A DNA stretch of 63,899 bases, counting the filler, from Octopus bimaculoides (Eukaryota): NCBI RefSeq assembly GCF_001194135.2. It is 5 parts of 5 records of this genome, joined end to end, with 100 filler letters (N's around TTAATTAATTAA, not from the genome) between each part and the next. Parts side by side here need not be neighbours in the genome. Positions count along the whole stretch, not along the records: positions 16,502 to 37,786 come from NC_068983.1; positions 37,887 to 43,005 come from NC_068987.1; 3 more parts are not named here. One strand, given 5' to 3'. The notes under the pieces were generated by a model that searched no databases, had not been told where the DNA came from, and saw only the letters and a list, made by a program, of their open reading frames with translations. The position numbers were made by a program, and so were the translations under genes. Shown here in pieces: positions 27,075 to 41,182 of the stretch. Each line of letters opens with the position of its first letter. Within the stretch, counting starts at the first letter, position 1.

Positions 27075-27244
27075 TAACAATGATAATAATAATAACATCA
27101 AAAAATATCTTAGGAATGAGAACTCAGGTTTGAAATTTCCCCAAGACACCTGATGAAGGCTGGAGTGTATATCAACCGAAACGTTGTGTTAACAACAAAT
27201 AAGATGAGTACAAATATCCGTCAAATGTAAATAATGTAAATAAT
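26999..27244 (+). mobile_element. HHR element 1, 5'-truncated inverted copy
   Basis: Begins inside the B box (GTTCTATTCCAGGCAGTGACCTGAAT), has an expanded (AAT)n, and is an inverted homologue of 26735-26945. Confidence 0.9.
27145..27190 (+). ncRNA. Minimal type I hammerhead ribozyme motif
   Basis: Stem I GACAC/GUGUU; core CUGAUGA (27150-27156) plus an extra A; stem II GGCUG/CAACC (one C.A mismatch); GAAA (27178-27181); palindromic stem III ACGU; GUU cleavage triplet. Confidence 0.8.
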
Positions 27245-30200
27245 AAAACGTTATCATTTTAACACCTTTATATATTTCATTAGTCATTCAATAGTCATCT
27301 GACATGTCTAGTGGTTTCCACTGACTTTTAATTTACTTCTGTAATACACAGTTACGCTTCCCTTAGTTGCACAGTTCTTAGTATCACAGTTTCGATACTG
27401 GAGTTGGCTTACTGTAATGACAGTTTGAACTACCAGTACTGTAAGCCAATGATGCCACTGCATAAAGGTCTGTACATACCTAAACTAAATAAATTGAAGT
27501 GTTTAGCAGTAAGTGCACAGACCAAAGACAGAGTGTTTTGTCGGGGACAATATAGGGCTTGCCAAATTTTACGAACCTCAGAAAGATAGAAGAAAAGTAA
27601 AAATCTGGTCGGAATATAGTTAATATTTTTCCCCTTCGTGGTAAATAGAATATGTACCAGTAATTCACTGAAATCATTTTTGTCAACAATAAACGTTTGC
27701 GTAATAAAATATTATTAGTACTACTCTCAAACGTCTATGTTGATATCAACGACATAATTACTTGAATTATATTCATAAATTTCTCAAGGACTTTCCAAAA
27801 GATACATGTAGAAAACAATACGATAGTTTTTCAAAGTTTCGCATTCAAGGTCTCAATAGTAGTATCTATTAGTTCCAAAAGCTCTTATTGAGAATGCTTA
27901 TTTTAATACCACTGAACAGATATGAAAACCATAGATGATAGGGAAAATAATGTAAAAAAGAATAAACATTTTGATATACAGTATAATAGCTCAGCCAAAT
28001 CGACAGAAAAGCTAAAATAGGTAATTGGATTTCACTAGAAGATTGACAAACACCACCAGTGTCATAATACTGAATGATATTTCTATTGTCGTTGGGGTAT
28101 ATGGACGCATGAATAAAAACGAAAGCAATGGTTCGAAAAGAATTCAACGGGAGTTAAAATATTCTCAGCATGCAGAGAGATTGAACACAATAAATCAACT
28201 TGCGTTGAAAACTAGAGGTGACATTGAGAAATCTATGAAAGAATATAAGTGGACGGTAGCATGAAAACATTTGCAACAACAGCACCATCCAACCCACATA
28301 ATTGATACCCAATTATGCATATTAGTTCTAATATTAGTTGCAGTGTTTTTTTTCAGTATATACACTAATTATTTCGACTGAATATACATGTACACATACC
28401 ATGTGCGTGTGTGCGCATGTATGTATGGGTGTTTGCATGTGTGCAAGACTACATCGAGTTGGTGTGCATGCATTATTTTAAAGATCTGGATATGTGAAAC
28501 GCGCCCAGTCTTCTCAGTAAAATCAGAAGAGACTGCTTCAGCTAAATATAACCAGTAATAATCATTGATTTTCATTCTAATTGATGCTTCACTAATCTCC
28601 CATGAAATCCTATCCTAAACATAATACAATCAGAATCTCCCTTTACCCAATACACCCAACACCATTGAAATATATCAACATCCTCAAGCATTACCGCTCC
28701 CAATAACCACAAAAATAAAAACAGTACCACTATTTCCATCGTAAACAACTTCGCTAAAATTCCTTTATCATCATTCCTTACAATAAAAAGCAGACAATAC
28801 TGTTTTCTAATGCATTTTATATCTTCAACGTATTAAAAACAGTTCTATTATTGAATACAATTCTGTTTGAGAGTCAGTTTTATAAAGAAATTTAACTGGA
28901 GCTAACATGAACACTCTAGAATGAACCGTATATCATATTGTCTGTCCTACTGAGCTTTATGGATGTTTTTTTCGTTCCCTATTTTTCAGAGTATTCAAGT
29001 AAGAGAAATTAATTTTTTTTTAATATCATTTCACATTTTTTCTTCCATACTGCACCTTTCTATTTTAATAGAAAAGATGTGAACAATACCACGAGTATAA
29101 TATAAGGGAAAAGAACTGATATTATTTTCTCATTCACTCAAATGTCGTTATTGAATATAATTTCACCCTAAATAGAATTTATATCCTCCATATTCTATTA
29201 CTAATAATTCCAACCGTGGTGATTATATTTACGCTTTCTGTAAAGCTAAACCAGTCAACGAAGAGAGCCTGCTTCAGGCAAAGCAACTGCTATACTGTTA
29301 TTGGTTAAGTGATATCAGACCACATTTTGTTACTACTTCAATCCATCATCGTAAAATAGAACAAACGAAAACATTAATAACGGACATTTGTGTCACCATA
29401 GTATTTTACAAAAGAACTTATGTCACGGCAATCAACTTCGAACTCGGAGAGACTAAGTAAAGTTTCGAATGAAACCACGTTCTATTTTATTCAATGGAAA
29501 TCGCATTCCTTTAATGCATTACACTTTATTTCCTCTTTGGAAACCCTTTTTAGTTTTCTCACACGAACTTGCCATTTGAACTTGGTTCTCTTTTCAAAAG
29601 AGTTAATATAATATTGTTGCAATGGAGGTTGTATAATGCTTTCCTTATATAACGTTCGTGAATAGCGACAGACATGTTTACAAAGACACATTGCTACTAT
29701 TCAAAGTAAATTACACACGCTGGTTACCTTTATTATGAGTTGGCATGAACATTAAATGAAGAAATAGTAAAATAAAGCAGAAAGAAAACGGTAAATTAAT
29801 AGAAGGTATTTTGTAAATTCCATCGTGGTACTAATAGTCATACTACATACACAAATAGTCTTTTATAATTATATAAGGGTAGCCATTTTGTTACAGCTAT
29901 TCTAACACCGAATGACTATGTTTGAAAGCAGTGCCTATACATATTCCTACTGTTTTCTTATCGGTATTAACACAATCGATATTGAATATAAATGAATAAG
30001 CGAAGTGAAATTATTATGGATCTATGTAGTGGCAAAATACTAGTTCTTTTTCATCTGCGATACTCTACGGTAATACATGTCAGTTGTGTTGATGTTTGAC
30101 TAATTCCATGAGAAAAATACCATCGGAGCACGAATAGGTAATATAGAGATTTAAAGACCTTCGATCATCTGAGACTAACCAAGTAATCAGAAGATAAACC

Positions 30201-31189
30201 AACCTCTAGGGGTGTTTAGAATTACAAATCACCAATGAAGGGACATAACTTCAATAAGATTAGTTGATCGAAATTATTGGACAATAAAAGCGATAGTAAT
30301 AGTATTGTAAACAGTCTTTAAAACCAACTGATGAAAGCAATAGTATGTGTATTGTAATTTCGATCAACTGATCTTATTTCATTATTCACACTATTTATTG
30401 AGTTTAAATATTAAACATCTCCACTGGGAGATTTTATCTACTAATTGCACAGCTAATAGAGGTTTTCAGGTCACTATGTTGCAATATGTGGGAGCTTACC
30501 GTATCTGTACTTAATATTTAGAATACTTTCCATAATGTATTTTGCATTTGCCATATTAATTTCCAATTACATCATTAATATTGGTGAAAACTGTAAGATT
30601 AATAAAAGCATGATGGTTTCGATTTTCTGTTGTAACTATTTTACTTGGGGTACCTTTTGCTCTGTCATTTTCTTCCTTTTTACGTTAAAGTTATATGCAT
30701 TTTTGTAAAATATTTGAAAATAGATGATACACAAAGGAACTATATATCAAGGAGGAAATCTAAAGATTTCAAGATCATATTGTCTCCAAGTTTTCTTTTT
30801 GTAACTAAACGAAGGCCAATAGGATCAACCAGATAGTTACAACCTCATCCAGATTTTCACTTACTGTGTACTCGTGATCTTACAACCTATTTACGATTAT
30901 TGATTTCTTTTGACTAAGCACAAAAGCTGGTGACTAAAAGAAGGAAACCTTTTGTGTATGTTTTTAAAAATCTATTATGGAGTGAAATGGTTCAAAGCAC
31001 ATTGTGACTTTTGACAATTTGAACAAAAGATCGCAGACTGCGTTTTTAGTTAATACTTGTCTATGTATCTTTTTTTATATGAAAAAAAATATTAATTTCC
31101 TGTGTGTATATTTGTCTTCTCAAGGATATTTTTTCTTATGGATTTATCTTTAGAGAGAATATAACATTGAAATTATATAACACTCTCTC

Positions 31190-31229
<40 letters not shown>

Positions 31230-32574
31230 GATAGATAGATGGACATATATAAACATATGCACGCACATGAATACATATATTCCCGCGCACGCGCGCAGAC
31301 ACACACATGTACACATATATATAATTCTTGTGACTAGAACTCTTCTAATTCGTTCCAGTTTCACTGTCCTTATCCAAAAATTAGAGCTTTCTAAGATTCT
31401 CCCGACGTCATCATGTTTTCGTAATGCTACAATCGTTTATTACATCCAAATCAATTTTTATACAATGTGAAGGCTGAATAGATATCCACAGTTGATAAAC
31501 GGAGCGTTTATTTTTCAATAATCAAACAACCTGGATCTTTATATTCTGTCAAAATCATTCATCATTTCAGCGATAACACATCACATAATATGGTTTGATG
31601 AAGCATTCCCCTTTACTTTACAATTATAGTGCTGAATTTTACAATATTTCCTTGTCATTGTTGTACGATGTAATATTTTTTATAGGGTATCTTAGAACAA
31701 TACCAATTGAATGACTGTGTTGTATCGTACTAAAATTAGCCGACACCTCAACGTAATATGTTATAGTGCTTCTGAATTTACCTGACAAGTTAGTAAAGAA
31801 GTCGAAAGCATAATTACTCTAATTAGTGATGAAAGCTGAGTCGTGTCACAAGTCTTATCATAGACGAGTATTTAGGGAGCATTATTAACAATATTATGCA
31901 TGAAATGTAATGACTATTTTCTTATCTAAACAAAGTGCTGTAATGTTGGAGATAAACTTTCTAGAAATTAAATCATCACAGCTTATTTGCGCTATCTAGC
32001 AAATTTCCTTAGGAAGGCACGAACATTGCTGCTCTCGTTATCCATGAAACCAAAATAACTTTTAATCCATACGTGATCACGAAAAGCCAAGGATTTGATT
32101 CTAGTCACAACAATAATTAAGTGGGATAAATATTCATTATGCATTATGTTTATCTATTTAGAAAATGAACGAAATAGACTGTTTTCTATATCAGATCAGA
32201 CAGAAAATATCTGAAAATATTTCCTGTCTTGATAGAGACTATTGTAATCTAATTATGTTTCACAATGTCAGGTCAGTACTACAATGAAACAGCACATAGA
32301 ATAAAAATTTCTAGTTGAGGACAAAGTGAAGACATTGAATTCAAATTAGAAGCATCCTTCATTAGGATTTCTTGTCAGCAAATATCTCTCATCAGTTTTG
32401 AATCATACGCACAGCTAATATGATTATACTGCAATACAATTACAATGTTTCGATCGGAACATCTATTTACAGTCTTAAAGGTTTAATGTTACTAAATGTA
32501 TGAGTTCTATTAAAAACAATAAGTAAATATATTTTTGTTTTAATGGAAATGGGCCATGACAGGAATGTGACGTA

Positions 32575-33816
32575 TCAGGTCATCCCATAAGTTCTGTCCG
32601 ATTTTACCTTTTTTAAATTGAATGAAATTTAATAGTATTTTAGAATGTCTAATGGAATTAAAAATTGTTTTTATGCATTTGTATACATTTAAACTAATTA
32701 AATATTATTTTACAGAATAATAGAATTAAAATTTCTTTAATTAAAACCCTTTCTAACATGGAAGTATCCAAAGAGCATTTAAGGCACATAATGCTTTATG
32801 AATACAAAAAAGGAAACTCTACAGCTGAAGCGATTCGAAACATATACTCAGTTTATAGGAAAGAATGCTTGAATGAAAGAACTTGCAGAAGATGGTTTGC
32901 AAAATTCAGAAGGGGAGATTTCAGCCTTCAAGATGAAGATCGAACAGGACGTCTACTTGAGTTTAATGATAAGCTCATTGAGGCATTACTTGAAGAAAAT
33001 CCTGCATTATCAGTTGAAGAATTGGCAATAAAGCTGAGTTCAAACCATACGACTGTTCATCGTCATCTTCAACAACTTAGAAAGGTTCCTAAACTTGGAA
33101 AATGGGTGCCTCATGAATTGTCCGAAAACAACCGCATTTCCCGAGTTGACATCTGCTCTTCTCTCCATTCTCAGGAACTCATTTCACCCTTTTTGAATAG
33201 ACTTGTGACTGGTGACAGTGGGTTGGTAAAAGGGAAAAAGCTCAACCACAACCGAGAAGGGAACTTCATGGAAAAAAGGTTCTTCTCTCTATCTGATGGG
33301 ATTGCAAAGGAGTAATTCACTTTGAATTGTTACCACCTAATGCAAAAATCAATACTCAAGTCTACTGTCAGCAATTAGAGCGTTTGAACCAAGCTTTGAA
33401 GAAAAAAAGACCCGCTTTAGTGAATCGAAAAAAAGTGATGTTTCATCAGGACAATGCGTGACCCCACACTGCAAAGATCTCATCACAGAAGATCGAAGAG
33501 CTTGGTTGAGAAAAAATTCCTCATCCACCTTATTCTCCCGATCTTTCTCCTTCAGACTACCGTTTGTTTCGTAGTTTACAGAATCATTTGGGGGACATAA
33601 CTTTCGCAAACCAGGAGGAGGTCGAAACTGACATTTCAGAGTTCTTCACTTTGAAACCAAAAGAGTTTTACACAGATGGGATTAAAAAGCTTGTAAATAG
33701 ATGGAAGGAAGTCATAGATAATCAAGGAAAGTACTTTGATGATTAAATTTCAATTAAACATTTGATCAGTTATTTTCTTTATTCAAAATTCGGACAGACC
33801 TTATGTGATGACAAAT
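32575..33816 (+). mobile_element. Mariner DNA transposon (DD34D), non-autonomous relic
   Basis: Left TIR TCAGGTCATCCCATAAGTTCTGTCCGATTTT after TA (32573-32574); right TIR AAAATTCGGACAGACCTTATGTGATGAC (33785-33812) with a degraded tip; encloses a transposase. Confidence 0.95.
32758..33746 (+). pseudogene. Mariner transposase pseudogene
   Basis: HTH N-terminus, WVPHEL and LVTGD, then a short deletion/frameshift, then KKVLLSI*WD..HQDNA*PH..G*E..HPPYSPDLSPSDY (exactly 34 residues between the 2nd and 3rd catalytic Asp), ending GKYFDD*. Three premature TGA stops. Confidence 0.95.
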
Positions 33817-35829
33817 CAGAAATATGAGTTATATGCTATTTTTTCAAAGAATTACGTGTAAACAATAACTTTTCCTGGTAGTTAGTTATAACAAATCAAC
33901 ACGAGTAAACGAAAATTGTTATTAAAATACTTTCAAAATATTTCCTGTCATTCTTTAAAACTATTTTTTAATACTTGTATTGTTATATTTCGTCCTCAAC
34001 GGGAGGAGACACGTGGGGTGGAGAGTTGTTGAAGAGGTTACAGGGGCTAAACATCACCGGCAGCCATTGAGATTTTAATTACGAATTATTAAGAACGTGG
34101 CGATTTCTGTGTCATTAATAATTCATAATTAGAAAGTGAAACGTAAGTCAGTTAGTCTGTTTCCATGTTTGGAGAATATAGAAATTTATATTACTTATAC
34201 AGCTTATAGCTGTTAGAAAACACGAAAATTCCAGCTTCATAATCTTCCTTTTACGAAACTTTAATATTAAATTCACCATAAACTTGATTTGTCTGTCTTG
34301 CATTTTGTCTTCGTTAGAATTCATGTTATATACATACATATATATATACATATATATATATATATACATATATAAATATNNNNNNNNNNNNNNNNNNNNN
34401 NNNNNNNNNNNNNNNNNNNNNNNNNNNNNNNNNNNNNNNNNNNNNNNNNNNNNNNNNNNNNNNNNNNNNNNNNNNNNNNNNNNNNNNNNNNNNNNNNNNN
34501 NNNNNNNNNNNNNNNNNNNNNNNNNNNNNNNNNNNNNNNNNNNNNNNNNNNNNNNNNNNNNNNNNNNNNNNNNNNNNNNNNNNNNNNNNNNNNNNNNNNN
34601 NNNNNNNNNNNNNNNNNNNNNNNNNNNNNNNNNNNNNNNNNNNNNNNNNNNNNNNNNNNNNNNNNNNNNNNNNNNNNNNNNNNNNNNNNNNNNNNNNNNN
34701 NNNNNNNNNNNNNNNNNNNNNNNNNNNNNNNNNNNNNNNNNNNNNNNNNNNNNNNNNNNNNNNNNNNNNNNNNNNNNNNNNNNNNNNNNNNNNNNNNNNN
34801 NNNNNNNNNNNNNNNNNNNNNNNNNNNNNNNNNNNNNNNNNNNNNNNNNNNNNNNNNNNNNNNNNNNNNNNNNNNNNNNNNNNNNNNNNNNNNNNNNNNN
34901 NNNNNNNNNNNNNNNNNNNNNNNNNNNNNNNNNNNNNNNNNNNNNNNNNNNNNNNNNNNNNNNNNNNNNNNNNNNNNNNNNNNNNNNNNNNNNNNNNNNN
35001 NNNNNNNNNNNNNNNNNNNNNNNNNNNNNNNNNNNNNNNNNNNNNNNNNNNNNNNNNNNNNNNNNNNNNNNNNNNNNNNNNNNNNNNNNNNNNNNNNNNN
35101 NNNNNNNNNNNNNNNNNNNNNNNNNNNNNNNNNNNNNNNNNNNNNNNNNNNNNNNNNNNNNNNNNNNNNNNNNNNNNNNNNNNNNNNNNNNNNNNNNNNN
35201 NNNNNNNNNNNNNNNNNNNNNNNNNNNNNNNNNNNNNNNNNNNNNNNNNNNNNNNNNNNNNNNNNNNNNNNNNNNNNNNNNNNNNNNNNNNNNNNNNNNN
35301 NNNNNNNNNNNNNNNNNNNNNNNNNNNNNNNNNNNNNNNNNNNNNNNNTATACGCACGTCCCACTTAGTTCATTCAGATTTCGGGACTTGCTGTCAGTCG
35401 TGCGTAAATCCCACATTGCGTATTCATACGTGGTCCTATGCAGAGAGATGTGCGATATAAGTTAATATAAGGAGCACATCAATAATGATAGAAAAAGAAA
35501 ACACGGGCTTGAAAGTGGTACTCCCTTATTTTATCTATTACATATATTTCAGTATTCGTTTTCTTTTTTTTTTTTTTTGTCTTTGCTTATGAAGTGTACC
35601 GATGAGCGACGGATTGCATCTATGGTGTGACAGCATGTGTTCCGGAATACTGAAATGTGTATAACAGATGGAATAAGAGACTACCACATTCAAGCGCATA
35701 CTGTGTTATCTCTCATTTCATATATATATTGTAGGTATATGTTTGTGAGGTTATATATGTGTATGTGTGTGTGTGTATATATATATATACATACATACAG
35801 TCATACATTTGTCTGTGAGATTATGTTTG

Positions 35830-35868
<39 letters not shown>

Positions 35869-37694
35869 NNNNNNNNNNAATTTAATGAATAGAATAGCTT
35901 TTACAACAAAGCAACCAAATGTGTATTGGTGATGTTTATTGATTAGGTTATCGATTATTTTACTGATAGGCTAGATATGAAATTGAAAGTGGATTCCTGG
36001 AGGTTCAGAAGAGGGATTTGAACCTGTATCATGAAGTATTGACGCCAAATATGTGTAGAGATACGATTCAGAATTCTAGTGTTTTAGATCCCCTACTCCT
36101 CTTTTAAAAATGAAGTAAAGAGTTGGGAGATACCAAGAAATACCACACTCTAAATGAATTAAATACGAGATCTAGTTTTTAATCGCATATGCCACAGCCG
36201 CCTTTGGAAAGGACATGGCTACTACACAAACTAATTTTTATTCCCTAAAATTAATAGCCTACTGCATCAGAGAAACACTAGCCCTTGAATTTATACATTA
36301 TATTAGAGAAAAACAATTTATTTCAAGAGATATCTAATTACGAGTGTTATATCATTTACGGGCCATTTACTTTGGCAGACATATTTCAGTTGATTGTCTT
36401 GTAAAATCCTAACCATTATCATTGTAATATATTAATTATCATGACTGAACACTGTCTATCCGCCAACAATAAAGTCGATCTAATTCGTTTATGGTGTTTT
36501 ACTTTTTGTCTGTTCTCTTAAGTAGGGGAAGTATTGTTGTGGAATTGCTATGCGCAACTAAAGAATCAAGCGTTAGAAAAGTTTACTAATATAGGCTGGC
36601 ATATGTGCACGAGTAGTTACTGTAGTAGTTCATGGGAGAAACGGGACGTTGCGGCTGTGGTGTTTCAAAATTGAACTAATGTCATTTCAAGCAACCTGCA
36701 AAACAAATATTTCATTCCTCCCCAGCCTAAAATTATAAGGCTTTCTGCTTAGCCAGAATAAATTTCCTTTAAGTTGAGAGACAAAAAGGTTGAGTAACAA
36801 AACAAAACGATCTAATGCATTTTCATTTGTCTTAATAAAAATACTACGTACATCATTTTTAGTTCTTCTTAAAATAATAATAAATTGTATCCTAGACAAG
36901 TACAGTACTTAGATAAATCGACAGCACATTGCCTCTAAGATGACTAACTATATACTAAAGTCTGAAATAATTTTAATTTTCTCTGTTCAGACGTGATCCT
37001 AAATATTTTATTACTGCATATAACGGTGGAATAGCAGTAAGAGTAATGTAATTGATTGCTTAAAGTTTTTACTTACGCCCCTTTCAGTTCTGAAGTAAAA
37101 TTACGTTGAGGGAGGTTTTGCCTTTTATCTTTATAACAAATAACTATCATGTTCTAGGATTGACACTGCGTCGTCACATATTGAATAAATGACCTGCCAA
37201 TATTGCTCGGAAAACCTTTCTCACTGATATTCAATGTATCCATGTGTATAACACCTACCCGTACAGTCTCAAGAATACATACAGTTGCTAAAATACTGCA
37301 TCCCAACGCAAATTCCTACATTGTTTATTCCACATTTTACCCCATCTGCGCTTTTTTCTTTTTAGTCAAAAATATGTCAACCAAGGAGACCATACCAGGT
37401 CACACAACCTGCTAGAAATAACTACTAGTTGAGTGGCTCTCCCTCAGATCAAAATAGACTGACTTAAATAAAAGGAGAAATATCGGATGATGTTATCCCT
37501 TTAATTCAAAAAGAAAGGATGGTCATAGCAGTAAGGATTTTGCTGATTAGACTGTTTAATGAAGATGGCCAGAGAATAAAAATCTACAACCGATGCCTTT
37601 GTGCTTTGTACAGCATCGAACTAAATGCGACAAAGGATAATGAATATAGCTGTCATGTAAAACTTATTTGAATCTCATTCTCTGCGTTCACAGT

Positions 37695-37770
37695 GCTGGT
37701 CCTACTGAAATCGATTGTCGTATTGCGTTTCACAAGGTCAGCAATTTTTGGGAAAGGGACAAGTCCATAT
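37695..37770 (-). mobile_element. SINE family B, 3' fragment
   Basis: CACAAGGTCAGCAATTTTTGGGAAAGGGACAAGTC is the reverse complement of the family B tail. Confidence 0.55.
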
Positions 37771-38020
37771 ATACATATATATATATNNNNNNNNNNNNNN
37801 NNNNNNNNNNNNNNNNNNNNNNNNNNNNNNTTAATTAATTAANNNNNNNNNNNNNNNNNNNNNNNNNNNNNNNNNNNNNNNNNNNNTATATATATATATA
37901 TGAACTCTGTGTGTGTGTATATGTATGTATACATACACACACGCATACATACATACGTTCATATATACATATACACGCGTGTACGCGCGCACACACACAC
38001 ACACACACACATATTTTATT

Positions 38021-38066
38021 TTTTACTTGTTTCAGTCATTAGACTGCGGCTATGCTGGGGCACCTC
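38021..38066 (-). mobile_element. SINE family A, 3' terminal fragment
   Basis: TTTTACTTGTTTCAGTCATTAGACTGCGGCTATGCTGGGGCACC matches 43965-44008. Confidence 0.8.
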
Positions 38067-40123
38067 CATATATATCACTGCCTTTCCAGGTGTTTGTCAT
38101 ATGTTTTTATTAGAGGCTTAGTACTCTTGAATCGTAAATCTGAGTTTTGGGTTCATAATTGATTAAGCGACACAAAGTTAAGAAATAAGCGCCACAATAT
38201 ATAAGTCAAAAATATTTGTACACATATCGAGATGTAAATAATTATCAGTAGATCAAGATTATTTATGTTGCCGAAATAGCTCTTAGAATATGAGGAACAT
38301 GGTCAGAGATTTAACACCATGTTCTAAAACATGTTTTCATGGCTTCACAATTTTTTTTACTGTGCTGCTAATTATTATAATCTTGCATTAAAAGACAGTA
38401 GCTCCTAAGATGTAATACATGGAAAGAGAACGACACACGTATTCATAAAACGCAAAAAACAGAAATGCTTATATGGTACAGTTCACTCTATAATTTAGTG
38501 TTCGTTTTAATATTGTCAGGACTCTCCTAAAGCTTATAAAGAAGCATTTTTCGGTTGACTATAGATATCATAGGGACTTTTAATGAAAAAGAGATTGGTG
38601 CAGCGCATTGTTGTATCATAAACTGTTATTGTTCTATAACCTAATTAAAGAGTCACGGGGCGAACAGGCGAAATTCTTCCTAGGCAATTAAAACAGCCCC
38701 AATGCTTAACTTCTCAACGATTTATATCTTTCTAAAGCATTTGTTTACTGAGGTACGCTTCCCTTTATAGATGACACTGAGACAAAAAGCAATAGATGGC
38801 TTACTGAAAATCCTCTTAATCATAGATTCTCGTAATATATGTACACATTCAGAATTGAAAATGACGCCGTACTATCCAAATATTTTTAGATCTTTAGGTA
38901 AAATAACAAGTTCAACTGATACATTAAAGAGCATCGATCTTATACATCAAAGATTCCAGAAGGTGCGAGATCCATCTAAGCCTTATGCAAATTCAAACAA
39001 AATCGAAATTGGTGGATCCTTGCAAGCGTTTCCACTGACATTTATTGAAGAATTTCCGTAGTAATAGGTCAGCTCTAATCGAGTGAATTTATCGTCAAAA
39101 GTGTTCGATTCGTAACCAATTTGCCTTTTAAGGAGAAACAGAGACTGCATTATTTGATGTCTCCTTTTTTTTATTTATAATAGAAGGGTGTAATTTAGAA
39201 AAAAGATTTGGTTGATATTTCTAGCATATCCACCGACTCTATAGAGCAGTGTTTTCTAGACATTTCTTTTTTAAGTTTTACCTCTATTTAAATCCTAACA
39301 AAATTAAATGTCGCCAACATAAATTTGTGTTAAACAAGAACTGCATATTTCCAGTACAATTCAATACGAACTGTAAAGTGATGTTATGAAGTTAGTCTTA
39401 GACTATGTAGTTTAAGCTTTGACAGAGCCAGTTTCGTACTTGACGCTAGAATATGCTAGTTTCTAGTTTTAGACCCAATGTGGTGCAGTGCTGGAACCTA
39501 GCTTTCATGTATAGCAAGATTTCAGTGTAAGAAGTACATCGACAACCTGTGGCATTAGGTTTGGATGTCTTGGCATTTCTTCTCAAAAACCGGAAAATGC
39601 AATCAATATCCGGCAGGATTAAATCTGATACAGGTCACGGGATTATTTCTTAACTTCAGGAATTCGACTTTTGCAGGGTTAGTATCAGAGACGATGGATT
39701 CGTTGACAAGAAAAAGCTGTGCGTGTAACCACTGAGGTGTTCTTCTCAATTTTGTCCTTATATTCATTTGAAGATTTCTCCCAGGCGTCAATCCATCATT
39801 CTCATGTTTGGCCCCAAGACTATATTAATTTATTTATTGTCATCGTTTCAAATTTCTGTTGTTTACTTTCGTACGTCTACCCTGTATATATTTTCGTTTG
39901 CTCGAACCCTAATTCTCCGCAGTTCTTGCTGTTGTCGCCGATATACGAGGTTCCTAGTCTTGTCGTTAAAGGCGTGAAACTAGGTATTAATATTTTTTGG
40001 TCGATAACTGATGAATTATTAGGGTTCTGGTGTTTGTCCTATGTTACATTTTATAGCATTTAAAGTATTTTTCATTTATGGAAACTGAACGCCACGCATC
40101 TTGACTTTTGTTAACAGTAAGCT

Positions 40124-40428
40124 AGGAGTGGCTGTGTGGTAAGTAGCTTGCTTACCAACCACATGGTTCCGGGTTCATTCCCACTGCGTGGCACCTTGGG
40201 CTAAGTGTCTTCTACTATAGCCTCGGGCCGACCAAAGCCTTGTGAGTGGATTTGGTAGACGGAAACTGAAAGAAGCCCGTCGTATATATGTATATGTATA
40301 TATATATATATGTGTGTATGTTTGTGTCTGTGTTTGTCCCCCAACATCGCTTGACAACCAATGCTGGTGTGTTTACGTCCCCGTAACCTAGCGGTTCGGC
40401 AAAAGAGACCAATAGAATAAGTACTAGG
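40124..40428 (+). mobile_element. SINE family A, young near-complete copy running into a gap
   Basis: tRNA-like head AGGAGTGGCTGTGTGGTAAG...CCGGGTTCATTCCC, CORE-like GTGGCACCTTGGGCTAAGTGTCTT, central TA/TG microsatellite and tail. Confidence 0.92.
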
Positions 40429-40692
40429 NNNNNNNNNNNNNNNNNNNNNNNNNNNNNNNNNNNNNNNNNNNNNNNNNNNNNNNNNNNNNNNNNNNNNNNN
40501 NNNNNNNNNNNNNNNNNNNNNNNNNNNNNNNNNNNNNNNNNNNNNNNNNNNNNNNNNNNNNNNNNNNNNNNNNNNNNNNNNNNNNNNNNNNNNNNNNNNN
40601 NNNNNNNNNNNNNNNNNNNNNNNNNNNNNNNNNNNNNNNNNNNNNNNNNNNNNNNNNNNNNNNNNNNNNNNNNNNNNNNNNNNNNNNNNNNN

Positions 40693-40748
<56 letters not shown>

Positions 40749-41025
40749 TTATTTATCTTTCTATCTATTTATATACATACTGCTGAAAGTAGTAAACATT
40801 TGAACAATTTTTTCGAGCTGTAGACATTCTTACAGGACAATATTTATAGAGATATATAAATTTAGTCATAAATTTGACAATGCCATTAACAGACTTCAGT
40901 GTCGATCAATGCTTCAAAAATGCTAACGCTGCCTAGTTCATGAGGCTTTTGTAAAGAACAGAGGAAATAGTAGAGATGTGATGCAATTTATGAAAACTTT
41001 TTTAAAACATTCTTGTACTCATCAG

Positions 41026-41182
41026 TTATAATTTTATAAATATACTTGTTAGATTTTATAAATATACTTGTTAGATTTATAATTTTATAAATATACTTGT
41101 TAGATTTATACTTGTGTAGATTTAGATTTATACTTGCTAGATTTATAAATATACTTGTTAGATTAATATACTTGTTAGATTT
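41026..41182. repeat. AT-rich minisatellite, ~22-bp unit TTTTATAAATATACTTGTTAGA
   Basis: About 7 degenerate units are visible. Confidence 0.85.

Noticed and set aside
28136-28245. KRIQRELKYSQHAERLNTINQLALKTRGDI resembles the end of a CR1/L2-type LINE ORF2
   Set aside because: Similarity is short and judged by eye only, with no adjacent RT motifs found. It needs tBLASTn/HMM to be called.
38771-40063. Unique-sequence ORFs of 60-115 aa (also 23865-24047, 37203-37415, 52492-52677, 60062-60259)
   Set aside because: No recognisable domain, no convincing paired splice sites, and lengths within chance expectation.
41026-41182. CRISPR-like array
   Set aside because: The repeats are contiguous AT-rich units without unique spacers in a eukaryotic context; this is a minisatellite.
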